Assembly: GCA_965248755.1 (NCBI GenBank)
Contig: OZ252149.1
Coordinates: 1,600,001-1,664,000, forward strand
From: Candidatus Latescibacterota bacterium
Lineage (GTDB): Bacteria; Latescibacterota; CBDEFO01
Reading direction: 5' to 3'
DNA length: 64,000 nt
Shown: in pieces, positions 10,060 through 19,704 of the stretch
Position numbering within the stretch: position 1 is the first letter of the stretch
Layout: each line of letters starts with the position of its first letter
Position numbers and translations under genes: made by a program
The notes under the pieces: model-generated
Databases searched by the model: none
What the model saw: only the letters and a program-made list of their open reading frames with translations
Told to the model about the DNA's origin: nothing

Positions 10060-11178
10060 ATGAAAAACACAATAGTTAAATTCTCAATAGTTCTTGCTGC
10101 GATAGCCCTGGTTATAGCAGGTATCGCTCCGGGTATCGACGCCCAGATGTCCGGCCCAATTATAAGTAATTACGTGAGAGCGATTGCAGTAGTACCTGGA
10201 GGGAACGCGGTCTATGTGGGCATTGAAGATCTTGTAGCGGGCGGTGTCCTTCGATTTACTCCAGATACTGGAGAAGTAGAAGCGATGAACAAGGGTTTGG
10301 GAAACCTGTATGTCCGCGACCTTGCCATTGATCCTTCCGATCCATCACGGATCTATGTAGCTTCGGGAGAGGGTATCTTACGCAGCGAAGATGGAGGAAG
10401 ACACTGGGCAGCGATCAATCAGGGTTTACTGCCGGGAGATATGAACGAACTATGGATAGGTTCTCTTAATTCGGAATTGTTGTTAGCACAGGGTCCTATC
10501 GGGAGAGTTTACCGCACAGATGATGGAGGTAACCAGTGGCGTTTGTTGTATTGGCCTGGTATCGACTTCGGAAGTAATTGGGGGACAGAGCTCGCAGCGA
10601 CGAGTGACGGCAGTACTATCTTTGCCTTCAAGGCCGGCGTACCTTTCCGTCGGAGCACTGATGGTGGTGAGACGTGGGAGGATCTTTCAATAGTGAGTGG
10701 GGCCTTCGCGTTCTCTTCGGATGAGAAGATCTTTTACGCTGGCAAAGGATTAATCAGAGATAAAAGAGCGGTGGTCGTATATCGGAGTCTGGACGAAGGA
10801 GATACGTGGGAGGGACTCGAGTATGGTCCTCCGATTGATACTGAAGAATATCGGCTCCCCATCTGGGGGAACACTATCTGCTTGCTGCCAGATCCAGATG
10901 CTCCTGGTGTCATCTATGCGGGTACGACAGAGGGGGTGTTCTACACGACTGATGGGGGAATTGTCTGGCAGCCTTTGGGCAGTCAACCATTGAACTTTGA
11001 AGAATGGAACGGCCCTGTTTTTGCAATGGCCTTAGACCCGGATAGATCGCGTCTTTACGTCGGCAGGCCTGACGGTCTGTTCTTCGTGCCGCTTCCAGAG
11101 TATCCGAACCCTTCGGCAGTGGAGGCTAATTCGTGGGGAACGATTAAGTCACTTTTTACAAAGGAGACAGAACAATGA
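10060..11178 (+). CDS. Secreted BNR/Asp-box beta-propeller protein with C-terminal SWGTIK motif
   Basis: Signal peptide; five S/TxDxGxxW Asp-boxes; tail SAVEANSWGTIKSLF. Confidence 0.85.
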   Translation: MKNTIVKFSIVLAAIALVIAGIAPGIDAQMSGPIISNYVRAIAVVPGGNAVYVGIEDLVAGGVLRFTPDTGEVEAMNKGLGNLYVRDLAIDPSDPSRIYVASGEGILRSEDGGRHWAAINQGLLPGDMNELWIGSLNSELLLAQGPIGRVYRTDDGGNQWRLLYWPGIDFGSNWGTELAATSDGSTIFAFKAGVPFRRSTDGGETWEDLSIVSGAFAFSSDEKIFYAGKGLIRDKRAVVVYRSLDEGDTWEGLEYGPPIDTEEYRLPIWGNTICLLPDPDAPGVIYAGTTEGVFYTTDGGIVWQPLGSQPLNFEEWNGPVFAMALDPDRSRLYVGRPDGLFFVPLPEYPNPSAVEANSWGTIKSLFTKETEQ

Positions 11179-11203
11179 CTGCTGGAAGATTTTCAGGACT
11201 GAT

Positions 11204-12160
11204 GTGGCGTGGTGCTTTTCTGGAACATCTCGGATCGGGACTGTTGCCATGACAAAAAGCAGTTATAGCACGGCGGGCTTTAAGGATCGTGATCTGGAGG
11301 CAGCGCTGGACGGGATTGCAGCGGCAGGATTTCCTTGCATTGAAGTGGCAGCGGTCCCACATGCGTCTGGGCCTCCGTCCGGGCAAGCTGCGGCCGAGGT
11401 GCGTCGGCAGATCGAACGCCGACAACTGCTCGCCACCACGCTGCACGCGCCGCCCGGATATCACGTGCTCGGCGCACCCACTGAGGACTGGCGGCAGGAA
11501 AAGGTTAAGGTACTGGCTGATCACCTTCTGTTTGCGGGCGAGATCGGTGCATCCGGCGTCATCATCCATCCGATCCCGAACCCGATCTTTCTGCCGGAAG
11601 GCGCGGATATCAAGGCATTGCTCGTGCCTATGGAGGACGCGGTAAAGCGGTCTCTGGATGAACTGATACCTGTAGCCGCCGAGGCGGGGGTTCGGATGTT
11701 GCTCGAAAACCTGCCTTATGCCTTAGGCAAGGCTGACAGTTGGGTGATGGAGCAAGCTCCCGAACTCAACGCAATTGAAGGCGATGATCCGATTGTCTAC
11801 CCGTTGATTGCAATGCATCAACTGCGCCCCTTCGTCGATGCATATCCACCGGAACAGGTCGGACTGGTGGTTGACACCGGGCATGCCTGGACATCGGGCA
11901 TCGATCCCGTCTCCGAAATCAAGGCTGCGGGTGATCGCCTCTGGGGCACCCACCTGCAAGATGTGGACGCTGACCGGCCCCGCGACAATCACTGGGTCCC
12001 GACGCAAGGGGGTCTGGACTGGCAGGCTATCCGGTCGGCGCTGCAACGGGTCGGTTATGCGGGAGTCTGGACGTTTGAAGTCATCAACGGGCAAAAGGGC
12101 GAAAGCCGGGAGGAACTCGCAAGACAGACGCGCGCCGTTGCGTCTGCGTGGGATTTATAG
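11204..12160 (+). CDS. Sugar phosphate isomerase/epimerase (xylose isomerase-like TIM barrel)
   Basis: LLENL, VDTGHA, THLQD, DNHWVP, TFEV metal-binding motifs. Confidence 0.88.
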   Translation: MAWCFSGTSRIGTVAMTKSSYSTAGFKDRDLEAALDGIAAAGFPCIEVAAVPHASGPPSGQAAAEVRRQIERRQLLATTLHAPPGYHVLGAPTEDWRQEKVKVLADHLLFAGEIGASGVIIHPIPNPIFLPEGADIKALLVPMEDAVKRSLDELIPVAAEAGVRMLLENLPYALGKADSWVMEQAPELNAIEGDDPIVYPLIAMHQLRPFVDAYPPEQVGLVVDTGHAWTSGIDPVSEIKAAGDRLWGTHLQDVDADRPRDNHWVPTQGGLDWQAIRSALQRVGYAGVWTFEVINGQKGESREELARQTRAVASAWDL

Positions 12161-12247
12161 TTACCCCGCGTCGAATCCAAAAAGGGCATGACAGGGCACC
12201 CGAGTTCTGTAGATACGGGGATCACTTCAGAATCCGACAGACCCAAT

Positions 12248-13951
12248 TCATCTGAGCTCTTTGAAGTATTCGGAGGCCAGCACCTGTTCTGAAACGCGGC
12301 TCATCTGGTAGCGTTCGCACAGGAGGATATAGGTGTCTATCAGTCTGGCGCGCTCCCCCGCTTCCATTTCCCCTCCTGCAAGGATCATCGCCTTGTAAGC
12401 GGAGATCGAAGCCTTCTCTACACGTGCCTGGACGTCGTCATCGTCCGCAAGCGTTAGAGCTTGCTCAAAGTAGTCGAGGGCCTTCTGCGAGACCTCCGGA
12501 TTCAGACCTGCCTCCTCTGGCGTCGGAAAGCGCGGGTGAACTCCCAGTTCTTCGGCGTTGTCATGGAGCATGTTGATGTAATTCATAATTGGTTGAGCTG
12601 CGCTCTTGTAGTGCAGCCTGACAAATTCCTCCAGGATAGCTTGATCATCCAGTTGCTGATTCCAGATCATTTTCCCGATCAGAAAATTCCTAATATCGCA
12701 GAGTTCCCCTGTCCTTCCGTTGTAGTTAGCCTGCATGAACACGCCCTTTGCGTTGTTGCGCAGGAAGTAGCGGACGTTCGGACCGATGGCGCGCAGATTT
12801 GGGAACGGCAGATCGTAAATGCTGAAATTGGTGTTGTAGTTCCAGACCCAGATGTCATTGCAGATCTTCCCCCACTCATACATATCCTGACAGAATGCGT
12901 GATTCTTCTCGCACTTAGGATCATCTATAGGGTGGAGGGTGCAGCATTCGATGCTGCAAAGCTGGATCTGGACGTTATGTCGCGGTCGCATGGTCACCGG
13001 CGGCTTGCGGGTGTACTGGTAAGCAAGCGTGCCGACTTTGACGTCCGGGTGTGCCTTTTCTACATGCTCTGCCACAGCGTTGACGAACGCAAGTTGTGAT
13101 CCCATCGGTGCCCCTTCACGCTCGTTGATCTCCTCGCAAGAGTCGCACCTGCAGTACGCACGCGTATCCGCCTGGCTTACACTTACGTTTTTGCTCTGGG
13201 GATTTTCATCTAGGCTCTTAATCGCAGCTTCTGCAGCAACCTGGATGACTTCCGGGTTTGTGACACACAACTGCGGTCCGGCGCCGTACTTGTCGGTATG
13301 GCGCTTTCCGTCCACCAGCGCGTAGTATTCCGGGTGATGTGCGCCGTATTCATCGAAGGGCACCAGCCTGTGGAAGGAGTGGTTGATGAGAGTCTGCTGC
13401 GTCCTGCCCCCCAACTTTTCATCGTCTGTCACTGTGTTTACCCGCAGTCGCGCCGCAAATTCCGGGTGCTCCATATTCTCCAGGTAAGCGCTCCAACGGA
13501 ACGAAAATGGTGGATTGTATATATATGTCCCGCAGGGAATCCTGGGGGCAGACGCATCCGGAACGTGAGTGTGGTCATACGTGAGGAAGCGCACATGAAA
13601 GAAATCTTCCAGGAACTGATAGACACCGTAGAGCGTGCCGCGGGGACGCCCGCCAGAAATAATGACGTGATCACTCTCTACGACGATCTGCAGCTCCTCT
13701 TCTCCCAATGCGGCAGAATCAAAAGCCGCAGCATCCGGACCTATATAGACGTGATCGGCTCTCTCCTGGGCGGTCGACCGCAATGGAAGTTCTATTCCCG
13801 TGGCCTTCCCGAACCACTTCAGGAACTCTTCGGCTGCATACTTTTCAGAGGGGATCGCCTCGGCGGAGACCACAACATCCCAGCCGCGCATCCGGGAGCA
13901 GTCTAATGTACCTTCTGATGGTTGATGAGAGAGAGTTTTCGAGATTGACAT
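12248..13951 (-). CDS. DUF4838 domain protein, paralog 1
   Basis: GGRPRGTLYGVYQFLE N-domain; HPEYYALVDG, QLCVTNPEV, CRCDSC, TLAYQYT. Confidence 0.88.
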   Translation of the reverse strand: MSISKTLSHQPSEGTLDCSRMRGWDVVVSAEAIPSEKYAAEEFLKWFGKATGIELPLRSTAQERADHVYIGPDAAAFDSAALGEEELQIVVESDHVIISGGRPRGTLYGVYQFLEDFFHVRFLTYDHTHVPDASAPRIPCGTYIYNPPFSFRWSAYLENMEHPEFAARLRVNTVTDDEKLGGRTQQTLINHSFHRLVPFDEYGAHHPEYYALVDGKRHTDKYGAGPQLCVTNPEVIQVAAEAAIKSLDENPQSKNVSVSQADTRAYCRCDSCEEINEREGAPMGSQLAFVNAVAEHVEKAHPDVKVGTLAYQYTRKPPVTMRPRHNVQIQLCSIECCTLHPIDDPKCEKNHAFCQDMYEWGKICNDIWVWNYNTNFSIYDLPFPNLRAIGPNVRYFLRNNAKGVFMQANYNGRTGELCDIRNFLIGKMIWNQQLDDQAILEEFVRLHYKSAAQPIMNYINMLHDNAEELGVHPRFPTPEEAGLNPEVSQKALDYFEQALTLADDDDVQARVEKASISAYKAMILAGGEMEAGERARLIDTYILLCERYQMSRVSEQVLASEYFKELR

Positions 13952-15228
13952 ATAAGGCCTCCAGTTGTTAATTGAAAAGATTACAGTAGTGGTGCCAACT
14001 CGCTGGTCAGCTCAAAAGCTGAGGCAGCCGCTGAATTCACGCTGGATCCATTATTATTCCGCGCCGTCAGAACGACAAAACACCCGAGTCCTTTTGATTT
14101 AGAGATCGGTGCTGTGACAGGGAGACAGAATTCACCTGAGCTCCTTGAAGTATTCGGAGGCCTGCACTTGCTCTGAAACGTGGCTCATCTGATAGCGTTT
14201 GCACAGGGCGATATAGTGTTCGATCAGTCTGGCGCGCTCCCCCGCTTCCATGTCCCCTCCTGCAACGATCATCGCCTTGTAAGCGGAGATCGAAGCCTTC
14301 TCGACACGCACCCGGACGTTGTCATCTTCAGCAAGAGCCAGAGCCTGCTCAAAGTAGTCGAAGGCTCTCCGTGAGAGCTCCGAATTCAGTCCTATTTCCT
14401 CTGGTGATGGGAAGCAGCCCGGGTGAACCCCTTTCTTTTCGGCGTTGTCATGGAGCATGTTGATATAGTCCATGATTAGCTCCGCTGCGCCCTTGTAGTG
14501 CAGGCCGACAAATTCCTCCAGTACAGCCCGATCATCCAGGTGCGGATTCCAGATCATTTTCCCGATCAGGTAATTCCTAATATCGCAAAGTTCACCTGTC
14601 CTGCCGTTGTGGTTACCCTGCATGAACACGCCCTTCGCGTTGTTGCCCAGAAAGTAGCGCACGTTCGGGCCGATGGAGCGCAGATTTGGGAAGGGCAGAT
14701 CGTAAATGCTGAAATTGGTGTTGTAGTTCCAGACCCAGATGTCATCACACATCTTCCCCCATTCATCCGTATCCTGGCAGAATGCTCTATTTTTCTCGCA
14801 ATTTGGGTCATCTATTGGGTGGAGGGTGCAGCACTCGATGCTGCAAAGCTGGATCTGGATGTTATGTCGCGGTCGGATAGTTTTAGGCGGCTTGCGGGTG
14901 TACCAATAGGCAAGCGTGCCGACTTTGGCGTCCGCATGTGCTCTTTCTACACGCTCAGCTACAGCGTTGACGAACGTCAGTTGCGCGCCCATAGGCGTGC
15001 CTTCGCGTTGATTGATCTCCTCGCACGGGTCACACCGGCAGTACGCATCGGTATCCGCCTGGCTGACACTGACGTTTTTTATCTCAGGATTTTCATCCAG
15101 ATATCTAATCGCCGCATCAGCGGCAATCCGGATGACTTCCGGGTTTGTGACACACAACTGCGGACCGGCGCCGTGCTTGTCGGTATGACGCTTTCCGTCT
15201 ACCAGTGCGTAATACTCCGTGTGATCTG

Positions 15229-16494
15229 TGTACTGCCCCCCTGGAAAGCGACACCGATTAAGCAACTTGGGGTAGCAGATATTATTGTTTTCTCCATTCT
15301 TGCAGGGTCTTGTATCCCAGGGATGAATGAAGCCTGTTCTTGTTGTAATTATCGATCCACTGAGATATGATCTTCTCAGCCTGTTCAAAGGATTCAAACT
15401 TGTGAAGCCAAACACACTCTTGCTTGAGGGTCCTGAAAAAACGCTCTACAACACCGTTCCAATCGGGTTTACCACTTGGTATGTATTCCTGACGAATTCC
15501 CCAATATTCGGTACTGGCCAAATAGGCCCGAGCCAAAAAGATGGAACCATTGTCAGAGCGCAAAGTGAGACCCTGGGGGACAGCCTCCTTGGAAGTGTAT
15601 CGAGAGATCACGGCCCGATCCAGGGCATCTGTGGCCTCCAGTGCCCTCCCTTTTCGACTAAAACGATACCCAGGAACCTCCCGGCTTCCGTTGTCCACCA
15701 CCGCAATAAGAGGACACCAACCATCTTTTCCACAGTAAATCTTTGTCAAGTCACTCGACCACAAACTGTCGGGACTATCCACCACAGAACGCTTCTGGGC
15801 AACCTGTGGCCCCTTTCTCCCGGGACGATTCCACAGCTTACACTGCCACCCCTTAAGCTTCATTATCCTATGAACCTTCTTAACGTTGACACATTCCCCT
15901 TCCTTGAAACGAAGATGCGCCCAAACCCGCCTGTGACCAAATGCCTCTTCTTGGTCCAGTATCCCTCGAATACGAAAAGCAAGCTCCTCATCTATCACAG
16001 GCTCTTTAACAGAAGAACTGACACCTCTATCCCTAAACCTATACAGAGTCGAACGATGCAAACCCAAAGCCAAAGCTACCACCTTGCGGGAATAGCCTCG
16101 ACCCAAAAACCGCCCACTCAAGGCAACCGCTTCGTTTTTTTTAGACGGGCTACCTCTTCGAGTATCTCCAACTGGAGCGTCAACTGCCCTACCTTGCGCT
16201 CCAACCGGCTAACCTCTCGCTCCTTCGGATCCTTGCGACCACGCCGAGACTTCAGACTCTCCTGGCCCCCTTCTAAGAAACTATCACGCCAAGCATACGC
16301 CTGCGACTGGCTAATTCCATTCTTACGACACACCTCAGATAGATCTGCTCCTCTCAAAAGAGCCAACACAATCTCTCCCTTACGGGTCGCCGTCCAGCGC
16401 TTACCATCTTTCACTTCGGGGCTCGACACCTTGACCTCCCTTCTCAAACCCCAATTTGCGAAATATTTGTCGCTCTGTCAAGGGGAGCGGTATG
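15229..16494 (-). mobile_element. IS3-family element copy 1 (1266 bp; right end is MITE-type)
   Basis: orfA 16118-16447 and orfB 15282-16121 (DDE motifs WSSDLT, DNGSIF, VERFFRTLKQE); TCTG at 15225-15228 and 16495-16498. Confidence 0.96.
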
Positions 16495-16865
16495 TCTGCA
16501 CCGTACTCATCGAAGGGCACCAGCATGCGGAAGGAGTGGTTGATGAGAGTCTGCTGTGTCTTGCCCCCCAACTTTTCATCGTCTGTGACTGTATTTACCC
16601 GCAGGCGCGCAGCGAATTCCGGGTGCTCCCTATTCTCATAGTAAGCGCTCCACCGGAACGAAAATGGTGGATTGTATGTATATGTCCCGCAGGATATTCT
16701 GGGGGCAGACGCCTCCGGGACGTGCGTTTGGTCATGCGTGAGGAAGAGCACATGAAAGAAATCTTCGAGGAACTGATAGACTCCGTAGAGCGTGCCGCGG
16801 GGACGCCCGCCAGAAATAATGACGTGATCACTCTCTACGACGATCTGCAGCTCCTCCTCTCCTAT

Positions 16866-16886
16866 CCCCGATAGATTCAATCGGGG
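16866..16886. repeat. 21-nt palindromic element inserted in frame in DUF4838 paralog 2
   Basis: CCCCGATAGATTCAATCGGGG; exactly 21 nt longer than the aligned site in paralog 1 (about 13701-13732). Confidence 0.9.
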
Positions 16887-17245
16887 AGTGGCATAATGAA
16901 GAGCCCCAGCATCCGGTCCTATATAGACATGATCGGCTTCCCCTTGGGCAGTCGTACGCAAGGGAAGTTCTATCCCCGAAGCCTGACCGAACCACTTTTG
17001 GAACTCTTCGGCCGCATATTCTTCGGAAGATATCGCCTCGTCAGCGACGACTATATCCCAGCCATTCATCTGGGAGCAGTCTAATGTGCCTTCTGATAGT
17101 CGATAAGAAAGCGTTTTTGATATTGACATATTTGGCTCTCCGGCTGTCAATTGAACAGGTTAGAGACTCACAGGTTGAAACGTCTCAAATGGGGAATGGT
17201 CATAAGCCCATAATGCTTCAGCCAATCGCTTCAAATCCTCCGACT

Positions 17246-17413
17246 TCAACCGATTGATCGTCCTGCGTTAGTTGGGATCTTTGGGGGACCTTCGGCGATC
17301 AATTCATCATAGCGGCCGCGAAGTACCCGCAGACTCCCGGACTCGATGACATCAGCAGCGATTACATAGCTATTCTCGTAATGGAGCTGGGTTTGTTCCT
17401 CTGTAAAGGGCAT
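17246..17413 (-). pseudogene. Truncated PhyH-like dioxygenase N-terminus
   Basis: GGAGG RBS then MPFTEEQTQLHYENSYVIAADVI...LRGRYDELIAEG, resembling the starts of the PhyH genes at 24799 and 27955; stops after 55 aa. Confidence 0.55.
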
Positions 17414-17428
17414 ATAGATTCCTCCCTT

Positions 17429-19192
17429 TCAACCTCTCTTTATCGCTTCCTTCACCCATTCCTCGTACTCTATATGCAATTCCTCGTCCGGCAGATGAGC
17501 TCTTTGTAGTTTGAAGTATTCGGAGGCGAGCGTTTGTTCTGCAACGTGGGTCATCTGGTAGCGTTCGCACAGGATGATATAGCGGTCAACTAGTCCGGCG
17601 CGCTTTGCTGCTTCCATTTCGCCCCCCGCAACGAGCATAGCCTTGTAAGCGGAGATCGAAGCCTTCTCGACACGCGCCCGGACGTCGTCATCGTCCGCAA
17701 GGGCCAGAGCTTGCTCAAAATAGTCGAAGATTCTTTGCGAGACCTCCGGATTCAGCCCCACCTCCTCTACTGATGGGAAGCAGTTCGGGTGAACCCCCAC
17801 TTCTTCGGCGTTGTCATGGAGCATGTTGATGTAATCTATGATCGGTTGAGCTGCGCTTTTGTAGTGCAGCTTGACAAATTCCTCTAAGATGGCTCGGTCA
17901 TCCAGATGGGGATTCCAGATTATGTGCCCGATCAGATAATTCCTAAGATCGCAAAGCTCCCCTGTTGTGCCATTATAAACCGCTTGCATGAACAAGCCCT
18001 GTGCGTTGTTGCGTAGAAAGTAGCGGACCTTCGGACCGATAGCACGCAAATTTGGGAAAGGCAGGTCGTAAGCGCGGAAATTGGTGTCGTAATTCCAGAC
18101 CCAAATGTCATTGCAGATCTTCCCCCATTCATCCGTATCCCGACAGAACGCTCGATTCTTCTCGCAGCTTGGATCATCCAACGGATGGAGGATGCAGCAC
18201 TCGATGCTGCAAAGCTGTATCTGGACGTTATGTCGCGGTCGGATAGTTTTAGGCGGTTTGCGGGTGTACCAATAAGCAATCGTGCCGACTTTGGCGTCCG
18301 CATGTGCTCTTTCTACACGCTCGGCTACGGCGTTGACGAACGTTAGCTGTGAGCCCATTGGCGTGCCTTCCCGTTGGTTGATCTCCTCACACGGGTCGCA
18401 CCGGCAGTACCAATCGCTATCCGCCTGGCTGACACTGACGTTTTTGATCTCAGGATGTTCATCCAGATGTTTAATCGCAGCGTCTGCAGCAATTTCCATG
18501 ACTTCCGCATTCGTGACACATAGTTGGGGACCGGCCCAGCTCGTGTCGGTATGGCGCTTTCCATCCACCAGTGCGTAGTACTCCGGGTGATCTGCCCCGT
18601 ATTCGGAGAAGGGCACCAGCCAATGGAAGGTGTGGTTAATAAGCGTCTGCTGCGTCTTTCCCCCCAATCGTTCATCATCTGTGACTGTGTTTACTCGCAG
18701 TCGACCCGCGAATTCTGGATGCTCTGTATTCTCGCCGTAAGCGCTCCACCGGAACGAAAAGGGTGGATTGTATTTATACGTCCCGCAGGGAATCCTGGGG
18801 GCAGATGCATCCGGGACATGCGTGTGGTCATACGTGAGGAAGCGCACATGAAAGAAATCTTCCAGGAACTGATAGACACTGTATAGCGTCCCGCGTGGCC
18901 GCCCGCCAGAAATGATAACTCGATCGTTCTCAACAACGATCTGCAGCTCTTCTTCTCCCATTGTGTCGGCTGCATCCTGACCGATGTAGACGCTATCGGA
19001 TCCCTCCTGGGCGGTCGAACGCAAGGGCAACTGTATCCCTGTGGCCCACCCGAACCACTTCTGGAACTCTTCTGCTGCATACTTTTCGGAAGGGATCGCC
19101 TCGGGGGAGACCACAATATCCCAGCCGTTCATCCGGGAGCAGTCCAATGTGCCTTCTGTTAGCTGATAAGACAGTGTTTTCGAGATTGACAT
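17429..19192 (-). CDS. DUF4838 domain protein, paralog 3
   Basis: Colinear and highly similar to paralog 1. Confidence 0.88.
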   Translation of the reverse strand: MSISKTLSYQLTEGTLDCSRMNGWDIVVSPEAIPSEKYAAEEFQKWFGWATGIQLPLRSTAQEGSDSVYIGQDAADTMGEEELQIVVENDRVIISGGRPRGTLYSVYQFLEDFFHVRFLTYDHTHVPDASAPRIPCGTYKYNPPFSFRWSAYGENTEHPEFAGRLRVNTVTDDERLGGKTQQTLINHTFHWLVPFSEYGADHPEYYALVDGKRHTDTSWAGPQLCVTNAEVMEIAADAAIKHLDEHPEIKNVSVSQADSDWYCRCDPCEEINQREGTPMGSQLTFVNAVAERVERAHADAKVGTIAYWYTRKPPKTIRPRHNVQIQLCSIECCILHPLDDPSCEKNRAFCRDTDEWGKICNDIWVWNYDTNFRAYDLPFPNLRAIGPKVRYFLRNNAQGLFMQAVYNGTTGELCDLRNYLIGHIIWNPHLDDRAILEEFVKLHYKSAAQPIIDYINMLHDNAEEVGVHPNCFPSVEEVGLNPEVSQRIFDYFEQALALADDDDVRARVEKASISAYKAMLVAGGEMEAAKRAGLVDRYIILCERYQMTHVAEQTLASEYFKLQRAHLPDEELHIEYEEWVKEAIKRG

Positions 19193-19289
19193 AGCGGGCC
19201 TCCGGTTATTTAATTGAATATGCTTACGGACTCATCATAATGAGATGTCTTTTAGAAGCTTGTTCGGATGACCTCTTGCTTATCGGTAA

Positions 19290-19400
19290 TCTACCACGCC
19301 GGCTTGGAGTTTTCCACCACCAACTCCACCATCGCCGGACAGATCACGTTCACCTTTATGTTGACCCCAAATAGATTCAATTGGGGGTTGAACTCCTTAA
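19290..19400 (-). pseudogene. Short-chain dehydrogenase C-terminal fragment carrying a palindrome insertion
   Basis: Reads KEFN[PQLNLFGVN]IKVNVICPAMV; removing the 27-nt insert gives the SDR-like motif KEFNIKVNVICP. Confidence 0.55.
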
Positions 19401-19704
19401 TTTCCTCAAATGTGGAATCTCTGTTCTCCGTAATTATCTTACCAATTCGATGCTTCCCCCGATGCCAACTTCGAGATATTTATCCCCCTTTTCCGCAGTC
19501 ACCCTCGTAGCATCGCCTATCAAACCACCAGCGTCTGTGAACTGCAAAGGATGTTGCCCCGCCTTTTCCGTGGGGCACAGCTGAGTCAGAGCCTCCGACT
19601 AATTGTATGCGTAATCCTGCAACATCCGTCACCTGATACCAGGAACTACCTCATCAAGATCAGCTTCCTCGTCTGTACGAATATATTCGTCTCTGACCGT
19701 AAGA

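Larger units (their letters stand above)
14132..17129 (-). pseudogene. DUF4838 paralog 2, interrupted by IS3 copy 1
   Basis: N-half (17129-16495) and C-half (15228-14132) align with the flanking paralogs; TCTG target duplication at the break. Confidence 0.92.

Noticed and set aside
15327..16874. Long ORFs antisense to IS3 (515, 560, 394 and 392 aa)
   Set aside because: Shadow frames of the transposase that run on into whatever flanks each copy; only the helicase tail of the 560-aa ORF is real coding sequence.
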